The position numbers and the translations under genes were made by a program. Under the pieces are notes generated by a model. The model was not told the DNA's origin, did no database searches, and saw only the letters and a list, made by a program, of their open reading frames with translations. Of a stretch of DNA of 64,000 nucleotides, positions 11,529-24,249 are shown one piece after another (within the stretch, counting starts at the first letter, position 1; each line of letters opens with the position of its first letter). The DNA is taken from the NCBI GenBank assembly GCA_949358305.1, contig OX442314.1, forward strand, positions 1,116,001 through 1,180,000. Direction: 5' to 3'. Origin of the DNA: Strigamia acuminata (Eukaryota).

Positions 11529-13765
11529 GAACTAGTCGCACTTGAATCAGCAGATTCGGGTTTGATCAAAGTCTTGACCATTTCTGCCAACGAGTTAGTC
11601 AGCGAAGTTTGTAACTTATTTTCAAAAGTATTTAATTTCGCATCAAGTTTAGCATCTAGTGTTGCATCCAACACTTCTTGAGTTATCCACCTATTATTAG
11701 GTCGTTTAGAAGTAGGATCCACAGTCGGGGAATCCGGCGTACTTCGTTTTTGCAACTCTTCAGAGTTGAAATTTGTACGTGGTTTTAAATCTGGACATTC
11801 CCGACGCATGTGTCCTGGTTTCTTACAGTGGTAACAAACTAATTGACCACGTCTGGTCTGATCTACTACTCCATTTATTAAATAAACGGCCTCGCATTCC
11901 TCAGGTAACTCTTCTTCACAATTATTAAGTTGTTCTTGTGAATCCAAAGTTAAAGATTTAGCATTTGTCTTTGGCTGAGGACGAGTGTCAGTTTTCCGAG
12001 GTGGGAAAACAACTGGATTGGAAATATTTTCCCTTGCTCCATTAGCTGTACGACTGTACAAGCCTTTATTTTTTGTTATAACGGTATAAATCTCTGTCAG
12101 AGGCAAATCCGCTATGCCTTGCGTATGCAAAAGCAAATCATTAGCAGGAGTTACACTCCCGATAAAAAGACAACCAGCCCCTTTTGCATCAAGACTGTCT
12201 TGCAATATCCATAACTGGTAATATTTGTGCATAAAGTCGTAAAGACTTTCTGTTTCCAGTTGTTTCAACTTAGTTAGTTGGTTCGTCCGCTCTTGTCGAG
12301 TGGCTACAAACCGTTCTTTGAACGCCTGTTCAAATACTTCCTAAGATATGAAATCTTCTCTCCTTTCATGAAACCAACCGTGCGCTTGCTCGGTTAGATA
12401 ACCGGCTACGCCTTTAACAAGCATGTCATCGAGTGACATGTTTCGCAGGAAAGCGACATTTTTTACAATATTGAGAAAGCGTTCGCTTTCTTCTGCTTTT
12501 CCGGAGAATACAGGGATATCTGGTGGTTTCAAACAGTTAGTTTGAGGGACAGTGGCGGAACTTTTTCCTGCCTGCATCAACTTGTGCATAGTCGTGGCAA
12601 TTGACGCGAGGTCATCAGCCGTCATTCCAAAGCTACTGGGGGGGCGCGAATTGTCATTTGACGATCCGCCATTGTTAGGTCGACTCGAGTTATTTTGACT
12701 TGAGCCACCATTATTGGGGTTGAAATTATTCGACCCTCCTTGATTTGACCTACCGTGGTTACCAAAGTTCGAATGGTTATTCGAATTGCCTTGGTTCCCA
12801 TAATTCGAATGATTATTAGAATTACCCTGATTGTCAAAATTCGGACGGTTGTTCGAACTTTCTTGATTACCAAAATTCGGACGATAGTTCGAATTACCTG
12901 GCGTACCTCGATTCAAATAGTTATTTGAATTTCCTGGAGTTCCAGTAGAAGGATTATTTAAATCGTTCGGATTATTTGGGTTATTCGAGTTCGGAGGAAC
13001 TGGGTGACCCCTTTGCATGTTAGGTGCTGGACTAGAATTGTTTGCAAATCTAGAATTTGGGTCAAAACGGCGGTTTGGACCTCTTGTCGCACCTGAATTT
13101 GGGTTCAAATTTCCAGCGAGATTCGGACAACTATTTGATCCGTTTGGAAAACTTGGATTAGGGTTGGCCATATTAGGCAGACCCAAATTCGCTCTGTTGA
13201 ACGTATTCTCAAAGTTCTCTGGATTTGTAAATCCTCTTTGTTGGTTGCGAGCGAAGTTATTCGCTCGTAATCGTTGTTGGAAAGCACGATTAAAATCTCC
13301 TGGTGTCAAATTCGACTGATCTTGACGAGGAGGTTGTGCATTTTTATTTCTATATCTAGAAATAGGCGTCGAAGGAGTGGGACTAAAATTATTTAATCTT
13401 TGGCTGGCTGGGGAATGGAGTTGCTCCGACGTAGCACGAGGCGCGTGCACAAAATCTAACACTTCGGTCAAAGATCTAAATTGGTTTGGGTTCAAACCGT
13501 GATCCTGACAAAATAATAGACCGCCTCGGCCTAAATGAGAACCTTCAGGAATGCATTCCTCTTCTCCAGGCGGAGTAGGTTCACGTGGAGCCCTATTCTC
13601 TCCAGATGGTCCGGCTGTTTCATTTGAAACGCCATTATGGACCGCGTGGTTTTCCACTTCTTCAATTCCATTAGGAACAGGTATAAACCCGGATAGATTC
13701 ATTCCACCGGTCAAACAAGTTCTTTCCTTACCACGGGTGTTCATGTGATGCTGATTATTAGTCAT
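11519..13765 (-). pseudogene. gag: gag of element 2 with one in-frame amber stop (12341-12343)
   Basis: The 474-aa and 249-aa ORFs are in frame. FIS*EVFEQAFKERF sits where capsid W-x2-F is expected (TGG>TAG). Knuckle CYHCKKPGHMRREC. Confidence 0.88.
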
Positions 13766-14864
13766 AACTAAACTTAAAACTGAGAAAATTTCCTAAGTCT
13801 GAGAGATAACGATGAAGTTGCAAACGTTCAGGAGGATCGCAAACGAAGCAGTGGTCACACTAGTTCGAAAGGAAGTATGGGTACTTCGCTACACCTCTCT
13901 GATTGGTCAAGTATCAACGCTAGTCTCGCGAGAATCCAATCTCATCCGAGATTGGTGGAAATCACCAAGTTCGTGGAACCTTAATCTTGTCGGATTTTAG
14001 TGTTATGACGCAGTCACAAACAATATGGATACTTTTCAAAGTACTCTAAAATATTATCAAATTTATTTAATAAAAATGACCATTCCATGAGAATTTTAAA
14101 GTATTAAAACCCACATTTTTAATAAAGCGCGTCAAATCGTTTGAATCGACGGCTTCTCTGCACAACCTGGTTGCTAGGCAACACAACAATGAGAATTTTT
14201 CTTCGCTAAAATTCGAACGGTACTCCATTCGTAAAATTTGATTCCAACGCCTTGAAATCACGATTTTTAACCAACATTCTAATGTAATCTACATTTTAAA
14301 AATAAGGTAAACCATTTTGAAATAAAATATAAATTTTAATTCCTTCGAAAAATGTCAATTTTCCTTCTATTTATTTAGGCAAATAAATTTAGGTTTAACT
14401 TGAAGTCTCAAGCAAAATACATATAAAAGAATATTCTAAAAATTAAAACAACTGTTAAATTGATAGAATTCTTTAAGAATTCCAACAAAAGTCAACTTTT
14501 CAAAATTAGGCCCGACCGCGTGGTTTTGTCCGATTGTCGATGACAAAATGACGTTGTCCGGGCGGAACCAACTTCAACAAGTTCGGGCAAGATGTTTCCG
14601 TTCTCGGGCTGGGCCTTTAGGCCTGACCACGCGGTAGAAATTATTATTTTGTTAAAACAAATAATTTCCACTGCGGAGAAAACAGAATAAAGTGAGTGAC
14701 ACTTATGCTCTTGCGAGAAGTTCTAAAACAGAATAAAATATATTAAACACTTATAAATCTCAAACGAAATTTATTTTACACACAAAAATCACCATAAACG
14801 TTACACTACTCGAATTCATCATAGACATGCAAAACTTCAAATTTTATTTAAAATTTGGCAGCCT

Positions 14865-14882
14865 ATCTCGGTAGAACCTCCA
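14865..14882 (-). promoter_or_regulatory. Primer-binding site, tRNA-Gln
   Basis: TGGAGGTTCTACCGAGAT 2 nt inside the 5' LTR, complementary to the metazoan tRNA-Gln 3' end (...ATCTCGGTRGAACCTCCA). Confidence 0.85.
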
Positions 14883-14884
14883 CT

Positions 14885-16636
14885 TGTGACGATTCTACTT
14901 TTGGGCTAATTTATTAGTCCTTTTTGCGATAGATAATTCGGTTTATACAAGACGTTGCTAAGTTTAGCAACAACCTAACCGAGATAAGCTACGGAAGCCC
15001 TTACAAACATGACTATGCGATCAAGCAGAAAATAACTTACAGTTTTAGTGTGATATAACATATTTATTATTAAATATTAATCAATAACAAAGATGGGTTC
15101 TGGACGCGTGTAAACGGGCGGCATCAACTGGTTGAGGATCCGGGCGAAGCCAGAGGGATACGGCTGACTTGCGGCATCGTCACAAATATCGCTACGGAGA
15201 CGTATTTAGTCCGCAGCATCGATTATCTAAATATGCGAGGAGTCCTTCGCATAAACAGGAATATTCGGCAGAATATTCCATTGTTTCAAATGAATAAAAG
15301 TAAAGTGATTAGTGGAATACAACAAATGAATTGTTGTATAAATATTAATTGGGCGGGGACCGTCACGACAATTGAGAGAACGTCGCGGGAGTTGTTGAGA
15401 CTCCATCCGCCAGCATGCCTTACGACGACAAGATCTCGTGATCAGGCGCCGAGTATTTAATTGTGTGCTTTAACTCGCTATCGGTGGTACCAACCACCAG
15501 GTAAACATTTCTATGGACTTACCGGGTTTAAAGATATTGCCAATACAGGATTACCAATGCCCGAGTAGTTTGTTTAATACAGTGTTGTTTAACTCCTGTT
15601 CACGGGTTACTAACCCGGAGGGTACGATGGGGCGGGGACCGTCACGTCGGTCGAGAGAACCATCGCGGGAGGATTTGACTCCTCCATCCGCCAGCATGCC
15701 TTACGATGACGGGATCCATTGATCGAGCACCGGGTAAAATATTAATTGGCCACTGCCATTGGATTACCATTATCCAGGTAGTTGTTTTATCGCAACATCT
15801 TTAGATATTACTCACGGGCTACCAACCCGGCGTGTTACCTGTATATTAGGCTTTTACCGACTTTTAACGTGCGGAAGGACCAATCGAGAAAGACGGGAAC
15901 CTGCGTGGGCTGTTTACAACAGCCATCCTGCAGCGGACTGAGGCCAGTTAGCTGAGGGACCTTCTTTCATCTAGCAAGGTCGTACTGTATACGACCGTTA
16001 TATTAAGCCACCGTACGAAGTCCTACTGTCCCGTAGAACAGCTGGCTAACGTTACAGGGCCATTTCATGCGAATGCATGTCTATTACCGGAGTTAGCCTT
16101 CCCGAAATAGCCCTACAACAGCAATAACAAAATAGTAATGAATACTAACTGTGGAGAGCTGAGGTGGCCTGATGTGTCGATAGAGAATAATGAAATCAAA
16201 CGATAACAATTCAACTACAGACAATATACAAGTTCAGTTATCAAGCCAGGGGGGTTAGTGGGTGAGGAACTGATGCTTATATAGTTCTGTAGAACTACTA
16301 GATTGGCGACAGCCAATCAGCGTATGAATCGGCGGATTCGCGGGTCACTAGTCCGGACCTAATATATGACTATGTCCAGATGGGCCCAGTTGGGGTCCAG
16401 AAGGGTCCGATTGGTTCCCTTCGACAGGTAAGTAATGTGGATATTGATTCGATAGAATCAACATCATCAAGTAATTAATACTTAATTCATATTGAATAAA
16501 ATAGTTATATTTTATTCACCGTGTCTAAATAATTATTTATCACACTTTTTAGTTTTATCGAGTTTGAATTACGCGCGTTTGGTAAACAGCGCCATCTATT
16601 GTGAACATTGATAAATACGGATTTGTAATCATCACA
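14885..16636 (-). repeat. 5' LTR of element 2 (1752 bp)
   Basis: Terminal inverted repeats TGTGAYGATT; minus-strand TATATAAG near 16276-16283 and CCAAT boxes near 16301-16317; adjacent PBS. Confidence 0.9.
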
Positions 16637-16664
16637 AATTAAAATGAATTTAATTTGTATGTAG

Positions 16665-19121
16665 GAAGTGAATTATATCATTAACGGGCTTCGAGTGCTC
16701 CACCCGGATTTCTTGGTGGATCGGAACGAAGTATACGCGATGGTTGAAACCTTGAGTGCGAATCCCAACAGAAGAAACATCGTAATTGATCGTTTGATCG
16801 CCGAACGGTTAAAGCAACCCGTACAAGTGCCGTTGCACATCCCAGAAGAAAACCAACCGAACACGTTGAACGAATTGATCAACGATGTTGAGGTCGTGAG
16901 CAGATTCGTCCCGAACAAGAGCCGGGAGGAAATCCTCGCGTATCTGGAGGCGCATCACGGGAATGCAAACCGGGTGCGCTTAGTCATCGGCGAGTTGCTC
17001 GATATGCGCGGGATGGCGCCGTTTCCCGCGACGAACACAGCCCCGAATGCCGGGAATAACGGGCCGGAAGCAATCGCGTCCACTTCGACCGAAAAGAGTA
17101 TCCATGTGTCGGCGACGATGGAAAAAGTCAACTTGGTTTTGGAGCTCTTTCCGGACGCTGATCCCGAATACCTTCGCACTTTTCTGGAGAGATGGAAGAA
17201 CGATGTAAATTACATAAACGCGACGGTCAACGGGTGGTTGGAGAGTCGTTCGTATCCCAAGTTGGCCGAAGCACAAAAGGCGGCGGTCAAGCGGAAGTTT
17301 GTCGAAAGGTTTTTTCATTATTTTGTCTATTTTATCTCGTTTTTATGGTGTTTCTACGAACAAAGCGCTTTTAATGTTGATTTTTCATGATTTGTCGTTG
17401 TCTGTATTGATTTTTGTCATCATTTCCACTGAATTTGTTTTGCAGTAAGTTCAGCGTTGAGGAATTCCTGGAAATGTTCCCAGACCCGGAGAACTACTTC
17501 AAAAACAACGACCGAGTCGTGAGTGCATCGTACCGGTTGCACGTCGAATGCTATGTCAGTAACCAGTTCCGATACGCGTACAAAAACGATTTGACGCAAG
17601 TGATGGAGAAACATCGTTTCCACCTCACGCCCATCATTAAAGAGATGAATGCGCTCTGGAACGTTTCGCCCACTTACCGTGAATTAATAAAGGAAATAAC
17701 AAATTGTGACTGTCTGGTTTTATCCAGGGTAACCTAGGGTCAAGATACCCTGGGGTGGGACGCATGCTCACGTAAATAAAGACAAGAGACTCCAGATTGT
17801 TGGGTTGGGTGACCTTTAATTCGTTGTTTAGTGGTTGGAGATCTACCGTCTAACTGGCCAATATTTTGGTCATAAATTACTTTTAATGATGAGTTTATTG
17901 TTGTTTTATTTACTTAATTTTAGCATTATTAGGTCTAATATTAGGCTTAATACTACTATATATCAAATGGAATTAGAAAATCGCCTGTGCAGAATGGGAT
18001 GTACAGTAGGAATTTAGCATCAAAATACCGGGCTTACCTCGGGGCCATTGGACAGTGTGGTTCAGTGACACTTCGCACCTTTGGGTGGCCGAACGGTCAC
18101 AAAATAATCAACTTACTTGATGAATTCGATTAATTCCAGAACCGTTAATCAAGAAAAGGAGGGAGAACTTGAGGAAAAAGAAGGTGAAGAGTCCCCTGAA
18201 AGTGATGCCACAACAAATCGACGAACTCTTCTACAAAGAGAAGTTGTTCATCGAGATGGAAGACAGGATCATTCGTACAGTTTAAAGAGCAAAAATCGTG
18301 TCGTGCAATTACGAGTCATTTCTTTTCTAGAATACAAGAAGGACAAGGAGGCGGAACGACTGAGTAAAATCGAAGTGGCGAAAGCAAACGACGAACTGAT
18401 GGAGTGCAGTTGCTGCTTCGAGGACGAAGTGCTCTTGGAGGACATGCTGCAGTGCACGGACGGGCACTTGTTCTGCAGATCGTGCATCCGGCGTCGCGCC
18501 GAGGTGCACATCGGCCAGGGCAATTACCACTTCCCGTGCCTCGACCCGTACTGCGAGCGCGAGTTCCCGCCCGTCGTGCTGCAGAGTGTTTTACCACCCA
18601 ATGTGTTTTCTAACGTCGTACGCAAGATGCAGGAGGAGGAGATCCGGCGCGCCGACATCCCGGATCTCGAGTCGTGTCCTCACTGCTCGTTCTGCGCCAT
18701 CATTCCGGACGCGAACCTCACGATCTTTCGCTGTCTCAATCCGGAATGTCTCAAAGTGACGTGCAGGTGACGTAAAAATGAAAAAAAGGAATAAATAAAT
18801 GCTAATTTAGTTTATGAATGAAGGTTGTGAAAGGAACCCAACCACCTCCCGCTGCGTTGCGACGAGATCGAGCAGAAACCGGAAGTACAGTTCCGCACCT
18901 ACGTCGAGGACCAGATGACGGACGCGTTGGTGCGCACGTGTCCCAAATGCAAGCGGCGCATCGTCAAAGAACACGGCTGCAATAAGATGACGTGCACGTG
19001 CGGCCAGATCTTCTGCTACGTGTGTCGCGAGGCCATCCAGGACTACAAGCATTTCGACAATGGAAGGTGAGTTAATGATTGAAGTGGAATGCAAATTGAT
19101 GAATTAATCCAATTTCAGGTG
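16665..19121 (+). pseudogene. RNF216-like RBR E3 ligase copy A (exons 2-6)
   Basis: Near-identical to the copy at 44389. Intron 1 is interrupted by element 2, TGC>TGA at 18828-18830 in the IBR, and the last exon is deleted after the acceptor at 19118. Confidence 0.88.
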
Positions 19122-19896
19122 AATTTGAAAATTGTCTTTATGATTTTTTACATGATTAGCACTTCTTCTTGAAGAAAAAGAGGAAGAAGAAGACATTCAG
19201 AGCGAAATTTCGTCCGACGCGTGGGACTCGTGCATCGATTCAACAGAATGCGAATGTAGCGACGAGCAAAGTTTGTGTCGCTCGGACGACAACGTTTCGT
19301 ACGCCTCGTACTCCACTCCGACTTCAGCGACGCCAACTCGGACGTCTTCTACTCCGACAACGACTTTGTTCTCGAATAAAATCAAATAAAGTCAAATGTA
19401 AAACGATAAATGGATGGACTGCTTTATTTACTAGACCTTTACTAACAAAACAACCTGCAACTAAAGAGAAGAAATTGCGCATCTTCACATTATATCAGTA
19501 GACGTATGACAAAAATAAACAATGAAAACATATGGATTTGTTTACTTTGTGGCTCTTTGTTTCACGGAGTTCGAGAAAGCCCTTTGATTTTTATCTTCGA
19601 CTGGAAATATGGAGGCGCATATCGTTTTTGTTGGTCGAATGGTCGCCACCGATCGATCTCCGTCTAGCGGTCCATCTTTCGACGAAATTCAACTTTGTAT
19701 CAACAAACAACCACAAATCAAACACAACGGCGCGAGTTCAGCGCGTGAGATTCCAAATTCATCTCATCGAGCCGTGCAAGTTTCGCCTTTCATCTTCGAA
19801 TGTCGACGAAAAGGGCTGAGAGCTTTTCGGGTTCTTTTTCCCGTTTCTTTTCACATAGTTGAGCCGTTATAAATATCAATAAATAACTGGCTTTTT

Positions 19897-21400
19897 ACGT
19901 CACCTGCACGTCACTTTGAGACATTCCGGGTTGAGGCAGCGGAAGATCTTGAGGTTCGCGTCCGGAATGATGGCGCAGAACGTGCAGTGTGGACACGACA
20001 CGACTCGAGATCCGGGACGTCGGCGCGGCGGATCTCTAATCAATAAAACCGGCGGTTTTATTGATTTAATTTGATAGCAGCAAATTGATTCAGGTATTTC
20101 TGAGTAATTAATTAAACTTCGGATTAATTGAATAACTGGCACTTAAAGTACATCGATTTCTGCAGTGCTCGGACGGCCACTTGTTCGGCAGGACACAAGC
20201 AGGCAGAGATGCACATCGGCCAGGACAATTATGTTACCAGTTCCTATGCCTCGACCAGTACTGCGAGAGCGACTTTCCGCCCATCGTGCTGCAGAATGTT
20301 TCACCGTGATATGCAAGATTCAGCTGCGCAAGATTCAGGAGGAGGCGCGCCGACATGCCGGACCTCGAGTGGTGTCCGCACTGCTCCTTCTTGTCCCACC
20401 TTCTTGGCACCCCCCTCCAGCCGATGCAGTTCATCATCGTTAGAGAATTGAGGACAACTGACAAGTGAGTTGAAATGAGATCGATTAACTTTTGTGACTC
20501 ATCAATCATTAATTCATCTTCCGTTGTCGAAATGCTTGTAGTCCCTGATGGACTCGCGACACACGAGCAGAAGTGTTGTCCGCACGTGCACATCATCTTG
20601 TTCTTTGATGATGCGCCGCTTGCATCTTGGACACGTGCAGAGCAACGCGTTCGTCATCTGGTTCTCGACGTATGTGCGGAACTGCACTTCCGGTTTCTGC
20701 TCGATCTCGTCGGTTCCACACTGCTCGTTCTGCGCCATCATTCCGGACGCGAACCTCAAGATCTTTCGCTGCCTCAACCTGGAATGTCTCAAAGTGACGT
20801 GCAGGTGACGAAAGAAGAAAAAAGGAATAAATAAATAAAATGCTAATTTAGTTTGTAAATGAAGGTTGTGCAAGGAAGCGAACCACCTCCCGTTGCGTTG
20901 CGACGAGATTGAGCAGAAACCCGAAATGCAGTTCCGCACGTACGTCGAGGACCAGATGACGGACTCGCCGGTGCGCACGTGTCTTCGGTGCAAGGACTAC
21001 AAGCATTTCGAGAGCGGAAGGTGAGTTAATGATCGATGAGTCACAAAAGTTAATCAATCATTTCAACTCACTTGTCAGTTGTCCTCAATTCCCCCACGGA
21101 TCTCCTCCTCCTGAATTTGGCGCACGAGGTTTGAAAATACGTTTGGTGGTAAAACACTGCAGCACGATGGGCGGGAACTGGCTCTTGGAGTATAGGCCGA
21201 AGCACGGAAACTGGTTCTTGTCTTGGCCGATGTGCACCTCGGCGTGGCGCCAAATGCCGGTTGTGCGGAACAAGTGTCCGTCGAGCACTGATGCATGTCT
21301 TGGATGAGCAGCAACCGCACGTCATCATCAGTTGTTCTTTTCCTTCGCCGTTGCGATTTTTATCTGGCTCTCCGTTTCTTTGTACTTTTTAAATTCTAGA
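19897..21400. pseudogene. Scrambled RBR-derived fold-back (inverted-repeat) locus
   Basis: RBR exon and intron pieces in alternating orientation. 20163-20712 is reverse-complementary to about 20900-21290; 19897-19995 is reverse-complementary to about 20716-20812. Confidence 0.85.
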
Positions 21401-21805
21401 AGTGGAATTAAATGTAATTACATGCCACAATTTTTGTTTTTCAAAGCTACGCACGTTTCATTCTGTCTTCCATTTCCAAGAACAATCTCTGTTCGATGTT
21501 CGATGTTCGATGTCGATTGTAGCGTCTGTTCAACATTCGTTACATTAAATACAAACAAAATACCGTATTGTCACGACACTATGGTATTCTTGCTTCCTTA
21601 GCCAAGGCTCTTATTCGAGGGTGGCGCTTAATCAATTTGAAGCTTGTTAATTTAATTTCCTTAAGAAAAACCAACCTTTAGCTATTAATTACTGTATAAA
21701 ACAATCAGCAAACACTTTGTTTTGACCAGCTGACTGGTGAAAGTTTGAAGCTTTTAGTTGAAGCGCTAATTATCTTAAAGAAGTGAATCTGGAGTTTTAA
21801 ATATA

Positions 21806-21947
21806 CTCTGTCCACACTCAAGAGTAATCCTGGAAGCTGGGCCCCCATTGGCCGAGCTATTTCACTAGTGTAGCAGTAGTTGCATTGCAGTTCTAAGTAG
21901 GCCAATGGGAGCCCAGCTTCCAGGGTCACTCTTGAGTGTGGAAAGAG
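21806..21947. mobile_element. Short MITE with TA target site (Tc1/mariner-like)
   Basis: About 50-bp terminal inverted repeats CTCTGTCCACACTCAAGAGT... / ...ACTCTTGAGTGTGGAAAGAG, flanked by TA. Confidence 0.7.
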
Positions 21948-22179
21948 TATAGTAGAATATCGAATTAAATAAATTATGAACCACTATAAATTTTACTTGA
22001 GATTTAGTTTATTATCACATAAACAGTCACAAATTTGCAGATAAAAAAAGTCAATAGCAAAAAAATTTCCTATTCAAGAAAGTGGTATTCTCTTTCGGTA
22101 GTCTTTAAAAACAGTGTTTGATCCGAATCATGCCATTATTTTTACATTTAAATGACACTGAAATTAACGCACTTCTCAG

Positions 22180-22400
22180 CTTTTCTAGTCTCGAACGACG
22201 ATGAACTGCATCGGCTGGAGGTGCAGGAGGGCCACAAGAAGGCGGGACAAGAGAACATCAAGACGCATCCGGAAGCACTTGAATTCATTAACCCTTCTGA
22301 AACTATCCGTTCAGTATGAGCGCAAAGCAGTGGCAGATGGACTGGCAATAGGGCCAGCTTGCCCAATAGCAAGTGGGCCCTGAGTGCGCCTGATGAAGTA
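22180..22400 (+). pseudogene. Decayed RBR last-exon fragment
   Basis: TCGAACGACGATGAACTGCATCGGCTGGAGGTGCAGGAGGG matches exon 7 of the intact copies, with frameshifts. Confidence 0.7.
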
Positions 22401-22741
22401 GGCCCCCTGCAACATTACACACGTTATACATTAATACAAGTTCCAATATTAGTTATTTTACAAAAATTTGCAAAATTTTACAAATTCTTGCAAAACTTTA
22501 CCAAATCTTTCAAAACTTTACCAAACCTTGCAAAATTTTACAATATCATGCAAAATCTCTCGCGAGCTCGTACTGGTAGTGGCATAATCTGAACTTCAGG
22601 AATGACTAGTGTAATCAAACCTGGCGAACCTTGAATTTAAATTTAAATTTAATTTGGCACAAACAAGAAATACACAAATAGAATTATGTTAATAAAACCA
22701 CATTAATAACACCTGATTAAAGTGCGAAATCTCCGTTCAAC

Positions 22742-23392
22742 CTAGAATATACTATCGTGTCCGACAACGGACTGCTCCTGTGCAAATTCCCGTGTGGAGC
22801 GTCGACCACGGCGCGAACAAACACGCCAAACATTCGCCCACGTCTCAAATTCCAGTTCTCGAATCCGCCATACATTAATTTCCCATCGCCCATCGTAAAA
22901 ACCGACGGAATTGACCGTCCGACGAACCGTCGTCACTTGGAGGTGATAAGTTGTGAAGGGCGACAGCCCATTGAGGGTGTACGACCGAATTGCCGGATCC
23001 ACCGAACGATTTATTTGTGGAAAATCCCACTTTGGCTCACGTTCGTGGCCACGTAGGTAATCCTGTACTCGCTCGGGACGAACAAAAGCCGAGGACTCCA
23101 CGTCAAAGTGGCGGAACTCGTGGACGCGTCGTGCGCTCGAAGCCACGTTGTCGTCCAACTCGCTTTCATTTATTTCAAGAAACCCTAACAAGAAAAAGTA
23201 GGAAACAAAGCATAATTTCATTTATTTCATAACGAGGAAGTCATGTTGCAGCTCATTTTCTCATCAACAAAAATGGAAAAATGGCCAAATTGCAAATCCA
23301 CCTTCTTAAGGAGTGGCGTAGCGCTGATCGCTCGTGTCCACTGGGACCATGTCCTTGAGCCAGGTGATGGTGAGTGGAGTCGAAATAAAGGA
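22742..23392 (-). pseudogene. LAR-family receptor tyrosine phosphatase relic (Ig and FN3 fragments)
   Basis: Across frameshifts it reads ITWLKDMVPVDTSDQRY (Ig-like), LRAHDASTSSATLTWSP, YTLNGLSPFTTYHLQV (FN3) and FTMGDG..YGGFEN..FVRAVVDAPHGNLHRSSPLS, resembling recalled Dlar extracellular segments. Confidence 0.7.
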
Positions 23393-24249
23393 ATTATGTT
23401 GCACTTTCTAAACTTAAGAAATGATTTTTTCAAGTTTCTAAACTTTTGGCACAAGTAATGTTTTGAAAATCTGGATTTGTAACTAAATGACATAACTAAA
23501 TATATGTAATTTTTGGTTATTTTTAGATGAAAAATAATTGTTTTATTCAAATCTGATGGTACAAATTGGCTTTGCTTAACTTTTATGTCATATTTTTGAT
23601 GTTATTCACAAAGTGAGTGAATTTTTTCACTCACTTTCTAAACTTTTGAAATGTAGTTGTAAATAAAGCAGTCCATCCGTACATCATTTTTCTTCGAGAA
23701 CAAAGTCGTTGTCGGAGTAGAAAACGTCCGAGTTGGCGTCGCTGTAGTGGAGTGGAGTACGAGGCGTACGAATCATTGTCGTCCGAGCAACACCAACTTT
23801 GCTCGTCGCTACATTCGCTATATTCGCACTCGCATTCTGTTGAATCGATGCACGAGTTCCACGCGTCGGACGATATTTCGCTCTGACATTATTCTTCTTC
23901 TTCTGCGGAAATCAAATTGAATTGATAAGATGTGAAGTGCTAATCGTGTAAATAATCATAAAGTCAAATTTCAAATCGAGTTCACGTCATTTATTCTGAA
24001 TTTTAAATAAAAGTGAGAAGTGAAATAAAATTTCTGTTTATGTACACGACGACCAATCAATCGATCCATCGATTTCAAAGAACAAACAATGAAGAAAATT
24101 GATATTTGTTTGTGTTCACAACGTCCTTGGATGCCAAAGAGAAAAACGAATGACGACGACGACGACAAGTTGCCTCACTTCTTCCGGTTGTTCTTGTTGC
24201 CTCGCTTATTCCGGTTGTTCTTGTTGCCTGTCAAATTCAATTTTTGTAG

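Larger units (their letters stand above)
3526..16636 (-). mobile_element. LTR retrotransposon 2 (Ty3/Gypsy), near full length, with extra ORF3
   Basis: LTR-PBS-gag-pol(PR-RT-RH-IN)-ORF3-PPT-LTR order on the minus strand. 3526-4005 matches 16157-16636. Confidence 0.95.

Noticed and set aside
12341..12343. Programmed stop-codon readthrough in gag
   Set aside because: The stop replaces an expected conserved Trp and lacks a CARYYA context; a point mutation is simpler.
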